Assembly (NCBI GenBank): GCA_937881075.1
Contig: CALGFD010000001.1
Span: 53,798-117,797, forward strand
Length of the DNA stretch: 64,000 nucleotides
Reading direction: 5' to 3'
Source of the DNA: an uncultured Planctomycetales bacterium
Lineage (GTDB): Bacteria > Planctomycetota > Planctomycetia > Pirellulales > Thermoguttaceae
The notes under the pieces are model-generated. The model searched no databases and was not told the DNA's origin. It worked only from the letters and a program-made list of their open reading frames with translations. The translations under genes and the position numbers were made by a program. Positions 48,247-58,366 of the stretch are shown here, one piece after another. The number at the start of each line of letters is the position of its first letter. The first letter of the stretch is position 1.

Positions 48247-49731
48247 ATGCATTCCACATCTTCGACCGTTGTCGCCCCGAAACAACTGATCGGCCTGCTC
48301 CGCGACCACATCTGGCTGTGGTTGGTGCCAACGTCGCTGGTTGCCGCCGCGGCCACCGGTTATGCCGTCTTCCACCAGGCGACCTGGGAAGCGTCCCAGG
48401 CGTTGATCGTCCGCAATGAGGCGAGTACCGCCGAAAAAGCCCCCGGTAAATTCGCTTATCCGGAAGAGATGAAGACGGTCCAAGAGACACTTCTGGAACT
48501 GGCCAAGAGCCGCGGCGTCCTGCTGGCGGCCTTAAGCGAAATCGGACCGCCGGCGAGTCATAAGGCGTCGGGTGCATGGCCGAGCGAGCGGGACATCGTG
48601 GAAACGCGGAAACAGATAAAACTCGCACCGCCCAAGGGGGCCGAGTTCGGCAAAACCGAGGTTTTTTACTTGCACGTCCGCGCCGAAAACCCCGCCCGTT
48701 CGGTGGCCCTGAACGAGGCCATCGTCAAGCAACTCCAACTCCAATTCCAGAAGCTTCGCGACGAAAAGGCGCAGAGCATGATTGACGAACTGACCAAGGC
48801 GGTCGCCCTGGCCCGCGCCAATCTCGAGAGTGCTACCGCCAAACTGTCGCAGAGCGAAAATCGCGTCGGCAGCGATCTGGCCGAATTGCGGGCGATGCAA
48901 GAGGTCGCCTCAAGCGATAGCGCCTTGCGACGCAGTGGCGAAGATATCCGGGCGCAACTCCGCGAGACCGCTGCCGCCGAAAAAGTCCAACAAGAACTAC
49001 TCCTCGCTTTGGAGGAAGCGGAGGACGAGCCGGGACGGTTCGTTGCCACTCCCAACCGGCTCGTTGATACACACCCGTCGTTGCGGCGTCTGAAGGACGG
49101 ACTGGTCGATGCCCAGATTCGGACTTCGGCCCTGCTGGGGACCATGTCCGCCGATCATCCTCGCGTCCTTGCCGCCAAAGAGGCCGAAGAAGAGATCGGT
49201 CGCAGCCTGCACAACGAACTGGTGATCGCCCGCCGCAGCGCCGCAGTCGAACTCCGTGTGCTGGCCGAGCGTGGCAAGCTGCTGGAAAGCCAATTGGCTC
49301 AGACCAATCAGCGGCTGCAAGGGCTGGCCGCGGTCCGCGCCGATTACACCAACCTGGTCGCTGAGGCCAAGAGTCGGGCGACCTTGGTGGAGCGGGCCGA
49401 GCAGAATCTGGCCGAGGCCCGGGCGGCACGTGCCAGCGCCAAAGCAGCTAGTCTGATCAGTCGAATTGACGCGCCCGACGCCGGCATTTATCCGGTCGGA
49501 CCGGGACGGCTGGTAATTGCCTTCAGTGGGCTGTTCGGCGGATTGCTGACCGGGTTCGGCATCGTCTTCCTGACCGTGCCGGGACCGGCGGCCGTACCGA
49601 TTCCCCCGCCGTTCATTGTTGCCACACCGACCGTCTATCCGTCCATCGACTACAGCGACACCCGCAAGTTTGCCGCCCGTAGCGCCGAACACCTGTCGAT
49701 CCATGGGGCGCTGCACAAGCTGGCAAAGTAG
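48247..49731 (+). CDS. polysaccharide chain-length determinant / GumC-Wzz-like (PCP family, no kinase domain)
   Basis: N-terminal TM helix, long periplasmic coiled coil, C-terminal LISRIDAPDAGIYPVGPGRLVIAFSGLFGGLLTGFGIVFL (second TM helix). Typical Wzz/GumC topology. Confidence 0.75.
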   Translation: MHSTSSTVVAPKQLIGLLRDHIWLWLVPTSLVAAAATGYAVFHQATWEASQALIVRNEASTAEKAPGKFAYPEEMKTVQETLLELAKSRGVLLAALSEIGPPASHKASGAWPSERDIVETRKQIKLAPPKGAEFGKTEVFYLHVRAENPARSVALNEAIVKQLQLQFQKLRDEKAQSMIDELTKAVALARANLESATAKLSQSENRVGSDLAELRAMQEVASSDSALRRSGEDIRAQLRETAAAEKVQQELLLALEEAEDEPGRFVATPNRLVDTHPSLRRLKDGLVDAQIRTSALLGTMSADHPRVLAAKEAEEEIGRSLHNELVIARRSAAVELRVLAERGKLLESQLAQTNQRLQGLAAVRADYTNLVAEAKSRATLVERAEQNLAEARAARASAKAASLISRIDAPDAGIYPVGPGRLVIAFSGLFGGLLTGFGIVFLTVPGPAAVPIPPPFIVATPTVYPSIDYSDTRKFAARSAEHLSIHGALHKLAK

Positions 49732-49864
49732 AGGAGCAGTGACGCAGTGACCCAGTTGGGCAGAACTTCTCGCGAGCACGAAAGCAGTTCTCGCTCCCTT
49801 GCAGCGGGTACCGTGGCCACGCTCGCCGCAAGGCTGGCGTAAGCATGGCAGCGAAGGCGCTACG

Positions 49865-51235
49865 TCATCCGGGAATTGCACTGCCGGGAAGTCGTGTCAG
49901 CAGCGGCCGCAGGCCGGCCGTCACGCCGGCCAGAAAGAACAGCGTCATGTTCGCCATGGGGATCACCGAGACCTCGTGGAACATGCCGTTGATCAGGTAG
50001 ACGCCAAGGACGATTAACAGCAACAGGCCTTGTTGCCTCGCCCACAGTGGCAGGCGAGTCTCGCGCCATAGTCGCCACGCGTCCCGGGCCCAGAGGCTTA
50101 ACAATGTAACAAATAGGCCAAGGCCGACGATGCCCATTTCCGTAAGCAACGCGAAGGCGACGTTGTGGGGAATGTAGCCGCGCCCGCGTTCCAAGGGCAG
50201 ACTCGTGGAACGGTCAGACGTGTACTGCAAATGCTCGGTGCCGTATTGAGCGTAGCCGCAGCCCAAGAGCGGACGGTCCAAGAACATCTTCCAGGCGATC
50301 GTGGCCAGGATCGGTCGCAGCGCCACGGAATCGGCCGTCTTCTCGGCTCCAAGGGCCTTGTCGCGCTTGAAGGCGACGATGTTGTCCCACTGCGTCGCCA
50401 AGACAATCGTTGCGGCTAGCACGCCGATGCCCAACATCGGCCATCGCCAAGACCAGGGCAAGGCCAGCGACACTGCCAGGCCAACCGCAAAGGCACCGCC
50501 CATCCAAACGCTCCGCGTGAGACTGAAATAAATCGCGGTCAGCAGCAGCATGGCCACGGCAAGGATGCCTAATTGTCCGGCCCGTCGCAGCCGTGGCCAC
50601 CATAGCAGCACGCAGCCGAGACAGATTGCCAGCAAAATGCCGTTCCCGATCGGGTGCAACAGCGGTCCCCGGGCGCGACCGACAAATTCGGCCGAACTGT
50701 CCATCGCCGATGTCGTGATGTAGCTCGGAAACACCAGCCCGCCGAGTTGGAAATACTCGGCCAATGACGTTAGCGCCAGGTAGACTCCGAACAGGGCGAA
50801 ACCGCCAAAAACCGCCAGCACCTCGCGCTCGGTCCACCGCGCCTGTCGCATCATCCAGTACATGGCCACGGGCATCAGGTAGTTGACGATCAGCCAAGCC
50901 ACCGGCTGGTAATTCGCCGCCCGCCAGTCATGCGTGAACGTGCTTCCCAGCAACAGTCCGACCAAGGCCAGCAGGATGATCTCAGGCTTGCCGATCGGTT
51001 TGGGATCGAGTCGTCCCATTCGCCGCCAAAGGACGTATTGTAGTACCAGCAGCACCAACATCGCACGATCGGCCGTGAGCGGCAACGAACCGAGTTCGAC
51101 TTTGTAGAAGGGCACGCTGAAGCAGGTGCCCGCCAGCAGCACAAGGAGGGCGCCGGCCGTTAGCCCGCCGCGCAAGAACACGATGCCGCCCCAGACGGCC
51201 GCGGCAATTCCGGCGATGACGACGATGGCTTCCAC
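49865..51235 (-). CDS. O-antigen ligase/polymerase family membrane protein (Wzy-like)
   Basis: About 11 TM helices and a large periplasmic loop; Wzy_C-like region (YIPHNVAFALLTEMGIVGL). Confidence 0.7.
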   Translation of the reverse strand: MEAIVVIAGIAAAVWGGIVFLRGGLTAGALLVLLAGTCFSVPFYKVELGSLPLTADRAMLVLLVLQYVLWRRMGRLDPKPIGKPEIILLALVGLLLGSTFTHDWRAANYQPVAWLIVNYLMPVAMYWMMRQARWTEREVLAVFGGFALFGVYLALTSLAEYFQLGGLVFPSYITTSAMDSSAEFVGRARGPLLHPIGNGILLAICLGCVLLWWPRLRRAGQLGILAVAMLLLTAIYFSLTRSVWMGGAFAVGLAVSLALPWSWRWPMLGIGVLAATIVLATQWDNIVAFKRDKALGAEKTADSVALRPILATIAWKMFLDRPLLGCGYAQYGTEHLQYTSDRSTSLPLERGRGYIPHNVAFALLTEMGIVGLGLFVTLLSLWARDAWRLWRETRLPLWARQQGLLLLIVLGVYLINGMFHEVSVIPMANMTLFFLAGVTAGLRPLLTRLPGSAIPG

Positions 51236-51599
51236 GGCGACGACCTGTGCTTGGACAATTCCAGCCCAGACAAGCCTAAGTTACGCCGCCGACCCGAGCA
51301 GACCCAGTGCGGACATTTCCGTGCGCCCGGACGTTGCTTTTTCGCAACATCGCGTTTGGAAGTAGCGAGAAGAGAAAGCTTGCCGGATTTCAGGGCGTCA
51401 CGGGTGTGAGCCGAAATACTCTCGCCAGTTTTGAGGCAGCCATCGTAACCGTGGGGAGGACACGCGAACATCGCCCAGCATGACGAGTTTTGCACCGCTT
51501 GTAGCGTATCATTCATCCGTCCTATTCTATTGGAATCGATGTTGCTGTGGCAAGGTTGGAGTCCTTTCAACGATCCGGCGCGCTCGCTACAATTGCACC

Positions 51600-52814
51600 A
51601 TGAATTCGATTTGTTTGGTCGTCGATCGCTTGCACGCCGGTTATCTCGGGGCGTACGGCAATTCATGGATCGAAACACCATCATTGGACCGGCTGGCGAG
51701 CCAGTCGTTCCTGCTCGATCAGATGCTGATCGATACGCCCGAGTTGCCGCGGTTGTATCGCTCCTACTGGCAGGGCTGGCATGCCATGTGTCCCTCGCCC
51801 GTCGAACCGCGGCCGACGCTGCCTGCCCTGTTGCGTGAGCGGGGCGTGGCGACGGCCCTGCTAACCGACGAGCCGCTGATCGCCCGGCACCCCTTGGCCG
51901 TCGAGTTTGACGAACTCATCGAGATCGATCCGGCCTGGCAGCCGCGGGCGGCCGAAAATGTCGAACAAACCCATTTCGGCCGCTGCTTCGTGCAGATGAT
52001 CGAATGGCTCGAACGGGCCCGCGGACCGTACCTGCTGTGGTGCCACTTGGCCGGGCTGGGCAGCACCTGGGACGCCCCTTGGCAGTTCCGCGAGACCTAC
52101 TGGGATGAGGGCGACCCGCCGCCGCCGTCGTCGGCCGAAGTGCCCGACTATCGGCTTGCCGAAGGCTACGATCCGGATGAGGTGCTCAGCGTTACCCAAG
52201 CGTACTGCGGCCAGATCAGCCTGTTCGATACTTGCCTGGGCGCTTTTTGCGATTTCCTCGATGCCCTCCCGCAAAGCAGCGAAACGCTCTTTACCCTCAC
52301 CTCGCCCCGCGGATTTCCCTTGGGAGAACACGGGCGGATCGGGCCCGCGGACGCAGCGCTGTTTGGCGAGTTGGTGCATGTCCCTTGCCTGCTGCAATTG
52401 CCCGAAGGCTACGATCGGGGCGTTCGCACCTCAGCCTTAACCGAGCCGGCCGACCTCTGGGCCACGCTGCTGGATCTTAACGGCATAGCCCAGCTGCCGC
52501 ACTCGCCTACGGCCGGCAGCTTGTTGCCCGTGCTGCGACAGGAAACAGACGCAATTCGCGACCGGCTTGCCATTCTTGGAATCGATGGGCAGCGGGCGAT
52601 TCGCACCCCGGCTTGGTACCTCCGCTCGGCCGAACAGCCGGAATTGTACGTCAAGCCAGACGACCGCTGGGAAGCAAACAACGTAGTCTGCCGCTGCGGC
52701 GATGTGGTTGAGCAGTTGCAGGAGGTGCTGACCGAATACGAGCAATCGCTGCCGGCCACGCGCATCCCGAGTGAACCGGCTTTGAGAGATGTCTTGCTCG
52801 ACGGGTTAGAATAG
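51600..52814 (+). CDS. sulfatase-like (alkaline-phosphatase superfamily) protein lacking the canonical C/S-x-P-x-R catalytic motif
   Basis: N-terminal sulfatase block (ICLVVDRLHAGYLGAYGN...ETPSLDRLA) is present. At the position where the formylglycine-precursor CxPxR should be, the sequence reads NSWIETPSLDR, with no CxPxR. Confidence 0.6.
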   Translation: MNSICLVVDRLHAGYLGAYGNSWIETPSLDRLASQSFLLDQMLIDTPELPRLYRSYWQGWHAMCPSPVEPRPTLPALLRERGVATALLTDEPLIARHPLAVEFDELIEIDPAWQPRAAENVEQTHFGRCFVQMIEWLERARGPYLLWCHLAGLGSTWDAPWQFRETYWDEGDPPPPSSAEVPDYRLAEGYDPDEVLSVTQAYCGQISLFDTCLGAFCDFLDALPQSSETLFTLTSPRGFPLGEHGRIGPADAALFGELVHVPCLLQLPEGYDRGVRTSALTEPADLWATLLDLNGIAQLPHSPTAGSLLPVLRQETDAIRDRLAILGIDGQRAIRTPAWYLRSAEQPELYVKPDDRWEANNVVCRCGDVVEQLQEVLTEYEQSLPATRIPSEPALRDVLLDGLE

Positions 52815-52831
52815 TGAGCGGCGGAGGCATA

Positions 52832-53494
52832 ATGGCCGATGCCGAGATTCCGCAACCTGCAAAGGAGCCTGCTGTGAGCGATGTTTCCCTGCCCCAAAGC
52901 CGCCCCACACTCGACGCGATTCGTGGTCGTCACAGCGTGCGCGTGTTCACCGAGCAGGCCATCGGCGAGGAAGACCTTTGGGCGATTTTGGATGCGGCCA
53001 ACCGCGCGCCATCCGCGCACAACCAGCAATCGTGGCGGTTCATCATCCTACGGAACCAGAAGAAGCACGAGCTGGCGGAATTAGTCAGCCAGAGAGCCAA
53101 TGATTTCCCGCGCCCCTCGTCCATTCTGCTCCGCATGGCCGCCCGCAGCATCCTGAGCGCGCCGGTGGTGGTCGCCGTGGCAAATACCGGCGAGCTGATC
53201 CGGCACGGCTCCGAGCTTTTTCAAGTCGACAAGGATTTGGCCCGCGACTTCTTCCGCACCATGGAGATCCAAAGCTCGGCGGCAGCCGTCGAAAACCTCC
53301 TGCTGGCGGCCACCTCGATGGGTATTGGCTCGGTGTGGCTGGGGATCTTGTTCTTGATCAAGCAGGAAGTGCTTACGTTCCTCGGCGAGCCGGAAGGCGA
53401 GTTCATGGCCGTGGTTCCCATCGGCTACCCGGCCCGCACCACCGAAGGGCCGAAAAAGCGGCCCCTCGACGCGATCGTGAAGCACTTGGATTAG
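52832..53494 (+). CDS. nitroreductase-family protein
   Basis: RHSVRVF and SAHNQQSW motifs, about 220 aa. Confidence 0.75.
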   Translation: MADAEIPQPAKEPAVSDVSLPQSRPTLDAIRGRHSVRVFTEQAIGEEDLWAILDAANRAPSAHNQQSWRFIILRNQKKHELAELVSQRANDFPRPSSILLRMAARSILSAPVVVAVANTGELIRHGSELFQVDKDLARDFFRTMEIQSSAAAVENLLLAATSMGIGSVWLGILFLIKQEVLTFLGEPEGEFMAVVPIGYPARTTEGPKKRPLDAIVKHLD

Positions 53495-53624
53495 TCGCCG
53501 GATCCCCTTCCGGTCCGAGCCGTTTTCTTTTTCGCGCTTGATCTGCGTCAAGGCCGCTCAAGCTGGCCGGTTCTAGGATGAGGGTAGACACCAAGCAGTC
53601 ACCCCAGCCCAGGAGGGCCGAATC

Positions 53625-54233
53625 ATGAGAGCGACCGAAATTCTTTCCAACGAGCATCGCGTTATCGAACGCGTGTTGACTTGTCTGCAGGCGATTTCCG
53701 AAGAGGCGAAGATTAAAGGGCAGCTCGATGCCCACTCGGCCCGCGAAGCGGTCGAGTTTTTCCGCACCTTCGCCGACCGTTGTCACCATGGCAAGGAAGA
53801 GGTCCATCTCTTCCCCGCGCTGGAAGCCCAAGGCTTTCCACGTCACGGCGGCCCCACCGGCGTGATGCTGGCCGAGCACGACGAAGGCCGGACCGCGGTT
53901 CGCAAGATGGAAGAACAGATTGTCCCTGCGGCCGTTGGCGATGCGGCAGCGGTCTCTCGATTTGTTGAGCATGCCCAACAGTTCATCAATCTGCTTCGCG
54001 AGCACATTTACAAGGAGGATCACGTCCTCTTCCAACTCGCCGATCGGACCCTCACCGAGACCGAGCAGCAATCGCTGCTGGCAGCTTTTCAAAACGTGGA
54101 GACGGAGGATATGGGGGCCGGCGCTCACGAACGGTTGCTTGGAATTGCCGATCGGCTGGCGGCCCGCTACGGCGTCGGCCCAGCCGTGGTCACCCCTCCC
54201 GGGGCGTTTCACTGTTGCGGGCATCATTATTGA
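53625..54233 (+). CDS. hemerythrin-like (HHE cation-binding) domain protein
   Basis: LSNEHRVIERVL ... HHGKEEVHLFP ... EHIYKEDHVLF: H/E ligand pattern of hemerythrin-like domains. The stop codon TGA lies inside the first bases of R1 copy D. Confidence 0.65.
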   Translation: MRATEILSNEHRVIERVLTCLQAISEEAKIKGQLDAHSAREAVEFFRTFADRCHHGKEEVHLFPALEAQGFPRHGGPTGVMLAEHDEGRTAVRKMEEQIVPAAVGDAAAVSRFVEHAQQFINLLREHIYKEDHVLFQLADRTLTETEQQSLLAAFQNVETEDMGAGAHERLLGIADRLAARYGVGPAVVTPPGAFHCCGHHY

Positions 54234-54333
54234 GGTTCAGCAAAGGAATGTCGCGAGGACGACGAACGGGAGGCCGGTAAACAGGAGTTTTTTGGCTTAG
54301 AACGCCCGACGCTATTTACCTGAGTATCAATAG
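54228..54333 (+). repeat. copy D of the R1 element
   Basis: tattgaggttcagcaaaggaatgtcgcgaggacgacgaacgggaggccggtaaacaggagttttttggcttagaacgcccgacgctatttacctgagtatcaata. Confidence 0.85.
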
Positions 54334-54468
54334 CCCCGTATGGGACACCGGGCGCGAGGCGAGCGACGCGGGGCCCTTCCTCTTCCCTTCGCCGCACTAG
54401 GCATTCATTCTCAAAGGCGAACCGCCCCTGGCAAGCGACGGCCACCGCGATCCCCCCCCGGATCCGCG

Positions 54469-54504
54469 TTGACGCCGCCATCATTGTGAATATATAATCA
54501 CAAT
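54469..54504 (+). promoter_or_regulatory. sigma70-like promoter with overlapping palindromic operator upstream of the TetR gene
   Basis: TTGACG (-35), 18-nt spacer, TATAAT (-10). The perfect inverted repeat ATTGTGA-N8-TCACAAT overlaps the -10. GGAGG lies 6 nt before the ATG. Confidence 0.6.
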
Positions 54505-54517
54505 GGAGGTGGTCGTA

Positions 54518-55147
54518 ATGGCTGACGCCAAACTCGATACACAAGTTCGCCGCGAGCAAATTGCCGAAGCGGCTTTGAGCCTGGTGGCCAGCCAAGGACT
54601 CCGTCGATTGAGCGTGGCCGCGGTCGCCCGCCGCGTCGGGCTCGTCCCGTCGGGCATCTACCGGCACTTCAAGAACAAGGACGAGATTCTCGACGCCGTG
54701 CTTGATCGCGTCGAGTTGCGCCTGCTGGCCAACGTGCAAGCCTCGCGGCAGGCCCACGCCGATCCCCTGGCGTGTCTCAAAGACGTGGTCATGCGGCATA
54801 TCCGTTTTCTCCGGGAAGGAAAGGTGATTTCTGTCCCCCGCATGATCTTTTCCGAGGACACGCACGGCGATCATCCCGAGCGGAAACGCCGCATCCTCGG
54901 CGTCTTCAGCAAATACATGGAACAGATCGGCGAGGTCGTGCAACTCGGCCAGCAGCAGGGCCGCATCCGCCCCGAACTGGAAGTGCAGGCAATCACGATG
55001 ATGCTTTTCGGAATTATCGTGCCGGCCGGCATCCTCTGGCACTTGACCGATGGCGGCTTTGACGTGACGCGACACGCTCAACGCGGTTGGAAAATGTTGC
55101 TGTCCGCGATCGAGCCCCCAGTCCCTTCCAAAACCAGGAAAAAGTGA
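54518..55147 (+). CDS. TetR/AcrR-family transcriptional regulator
   Basis: N-terminal helix-turn-helix (QIAEAALSLVASQGLRRLSVAAVARRVGLVPSGIYRHFKNKDEIL); first gene of the exporter operon. Confidence 0.85.
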   Translation: MADAKLDTQVRREQIAEAALSLVASQGLRRLSVAAVARRVGLVPSGIYRHFKNKDEILDAVLDRVELRLLANVQASRQAHADPLACLKDVVMRHIRFLREGKVISVPRMIFSEDTHGDHPERKRRILGVFSKYMEQIGEVVQLGQQQGRIRPELEVQAITMMLFGIIVPAGILWHLTDGGFDVTRHAQRGWKMLLSAIEPPVPSKTRKK

Positions 55148-55204
55148 CGATAAATTCACATAGGAGTGCGTGAGGGCGACAACCGGGCACAAGGACACAT
55201 TGCC

Positions 55205-56428
55205 ATGCGATCAAAACTCGTCTTGTTGATCCTGCTGATCCTGATCGCGGTCGGTGGCATGGCCTCCTACTTCGCCCTAAACCCCCGCCATGCGCCCGTC
55301 TGGTGGCCGCGTTTCGGCCGCCCCTGGAATCCAAACGAAATCCGCGTGTCCGGCAACATCGAAACCACCGAGGCCCAAGTGTCGTTCAAAATCGCCGGCC
55401 GCGTGGTCAAACGGTTTGTCGATGAAGGAGAGTGGGTCAAGCAAGGCCAGCCCGTCGCCGAACTCGACAAGTCGGATCTGCTCTGCAATGTGGAACTTCG
55501 CCGCGCCGAATTGCAGGCGGCCCAGGCGGCGCTGGCGGCGCTGAAAACCGGATCACGCCCCCAGGAGATCCAGGCGGCACGGGCGGCCATGGAAAAAGCC
55601 GAACATGCCTTGGCCGACCTGGTCGCCGGGTCGCGGCCCCAAGAAATCGCCGCCGCAGAAGCTGCCGTAGCGGCCGCGGCGGCGGAGCGCGATCGCCTGC
55701 AAGCCGACTATCGCCGTGCCCATACCCTCTTCCAGCGAAAGACCATTTCGACCGAGGAGTTCGATGCCGCCCGGTCCGCCGCCGAAGTGGCCACCGAACG
55801 CTATCGACAGTCCGAGGAGCAGTTGAAACTCGTTCGCGAAGGGTCGCGGAGCCAGCAAATCGACCAGGCACGGGCTGCCTATCATCAGGCGAAGGCGCAG
55901 TATGAACTGGTTCGCATTGGTCCACGCATCGAGGACATTCAACAAGGCGAGGCTCGCGTTGCACAAGCCCGGGCGGCCCTGAAGCTGGCCGAGACACAAC
56001 TGAGCTACGCCGAGATCGTTTCGCCGTTGACCGGCGTGGTGCTGTCGAAAAACATCGAGCCCGGCGAGTACGTTTCGCCCGGCACCGCGGTGGTGACGGT
56101 CGGTGACCTGGTCAACGTCTGGCTGCGGGCATACATCGAAGAGCCCGACTGGCAGCGGGTGAAGGTCGGTCAGCGAGCCCAGATCACGACCGACGCGCGC
56201 CCCGGCAAGACCTTTGAGGGCCGCGTCTCGTTCATCGCCCAGGATACCGAATTCACGCCGAAGAATGTGCAGACGCAGGAGGAGCGGGTCAAGTTGGTGG
56301 TGCGGATTAAGATCGACATCCTCAATCGCGATATGCAACTGAAGCCGGGCATGCCGGCCGACGCCGTGATCGATCTGGGATCGGGAGACCAAGGACGGGC
56401 AATACCGGCAGCCACCGGGAAGATGTAA
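55205..56428 (+). CDS. HlyD-family membrane-fusion (periplasmic adaptor) protein
   Basis: N-terminal TM helix, long coiled-coil hairpins, C-terminal beta-barrel (YbhG-like). Confidence 0.8.
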   Translation: MRSKLVLLILLILIAVGGMASYFALNPRHAPVWWPRFGRPWNPNEIRVSGNIETTEAQVSFKIAGRVVKRFVDEGEWVKQGQPVAELDKSDLLCNVELRRAELQAAQAALAALKTGSRPQEIQAARAAMEKAEHALADLVAGSRPQEIAAAEAAVAAAAAERDRLQADYRRAHTLFQRKTISTEEFDAARSAAEVATERYRQSEEQLKLVREGSRSQQIDQARAAYHQAKAQYELVRIGPRIEDIQQGEARVAQARAALKLAETQLSYAEIVSPLTGVVLSKNIEPGEYVSPGTAVVTVGDLVNVWLRAYIEEPDWQRVKVGQRAQITTDARPGKTFEGRVSFIAQDTEFTPKNVQTQEERVKLVVRIKIDILNRDMQLKPGMPADAVIDLGSGDQGRAIPAATGKM

Positions 56429-56440
56429 GGCGGCGAAGGC

Positions 56441-56547
56441 TATTGAGGTTCAGTAAAGGAATGTCGGGAGGCCGACGAACGGAAGGTCGGTAAACAGGAG
56501 CTTTTTGGCTCAGAACGCCCGACGTTATTTACCTGGGTATCAATAAA
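56441..56547 (+). repeat. copy E of the R1 element (inside the exporter operon, between the hlyD-like and first ATPase genes)
   Basis: tattgaggttcagtaaaggaatgtcgggaggccgacgaacggaaggtcggtaaacaggagctttttggctcagaacgcccgacgttatttacctgggtatcaataaa. Confidence 0.85.
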
Positions 56548-56645
56548 GGCAAAATGATGAATGATGAAGAGCAAGGAACATCATTGACCATGATTTTGTC
56601 CCTGCGTACACGCCAGCTCTTTGCTAACCACTAACCACTTCACGA

Positions 56646-57574
56646 ATGTCCCTTCGCGCCGAACACCTGACGAAACGTTTTGGCGACCTGCTCGCAGTCG
56701 ACGACCTGTCGCTCAGCGTGGAGCAGGGTGAGATCTTCGGCCTGGTGGGGCCCGATGGTGCCGGCAAGACGACGACCATCCGGCTGCTCACTTCAGTGTT
56801 GGAACCGGACGGCGGTGAGGCCTGCGTGGCCGGACACCACATTCTGCACGAGGCCGAACGCATCAAGGAAAACATCGGCTACATGAGCCAGCGGTTTGGG
56901 CTGTATCCCGATCTGACGGTGCTGGAAAACATCGAGTTCTATGCCGACATCTATAGCGAGTCGCGGAGGGGCCGCGCCGAACGGATCGACCGGCTCCTAA
57001 GTTTTAGCAACCTGACCCCGTTCAAGCGACGTTTGGCCGGCAATCTCTCCGGCGGCATGAAGCAAAAGCTCGGCTTGGCGTGCGCCTTGATCCACACGCC
57101 CAAGGTCTTGTTCCTGGACGAGCCGACCAACGGAGTGGATCCCGTGTCCCGCCGCGATTTCTGGCGAATTCTCTACCAATTGCAGGAAGAGAAGGTCACG
57201 ATCTTCGTCTCGACGGCCTATCTCGACGAGGCCGATCGTTGTCATCGAATCGGTTTGATCCATCGCGGCAAGCTCCTCGCCTGCGGTACGCCCGCGGAAG
57301 TCAAAAAGCTGATGCGCGGCACGATCCTGGAGATCCGCACCGACCACCCCCGCCATGCCGTGGCCGCGTTGCGGCACCAGATGCCAGAGGCCAGCGTCGG
57401 GCTGTTTGGGGATCGGTTGCACTTGGTGACGGACGATGCCGCGCGGGCGACGACCGAAGTCGAGTCCCTTCTGCGTCAGGCCGGACTGCCGGTTCTTGGT
57501 ATTCGCCCGATCGATCCTTCCCTGGAAGACGTCTTCATTTCCGTGCTTAAGGAGAAAGGGGCCGTCGAATCGTT

Positions 57575-57578
<4 letters not shown>
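56646..57578 (+). CDS. ABC transporter ATP-binding protein (first of two; YbhF N-half-like)
   Basis: Walker A GPDGAGKTT, signature LSGGMKQKL, Walker B LFLDEPT. Confidence 0.85.

Positions 57579-58362
<784 letters not shown>

Positions 58363-58366
<4 letters not shown>

Noticed and set aside
53495-53624. Possible terminator after the nitroreductase gene (CCGGA-tcccct-TCCGG ... TTTTCTTTTTC)
   Set aside because: Stem is only 5 bp and the T-run is 10 nt away; too weak to call.
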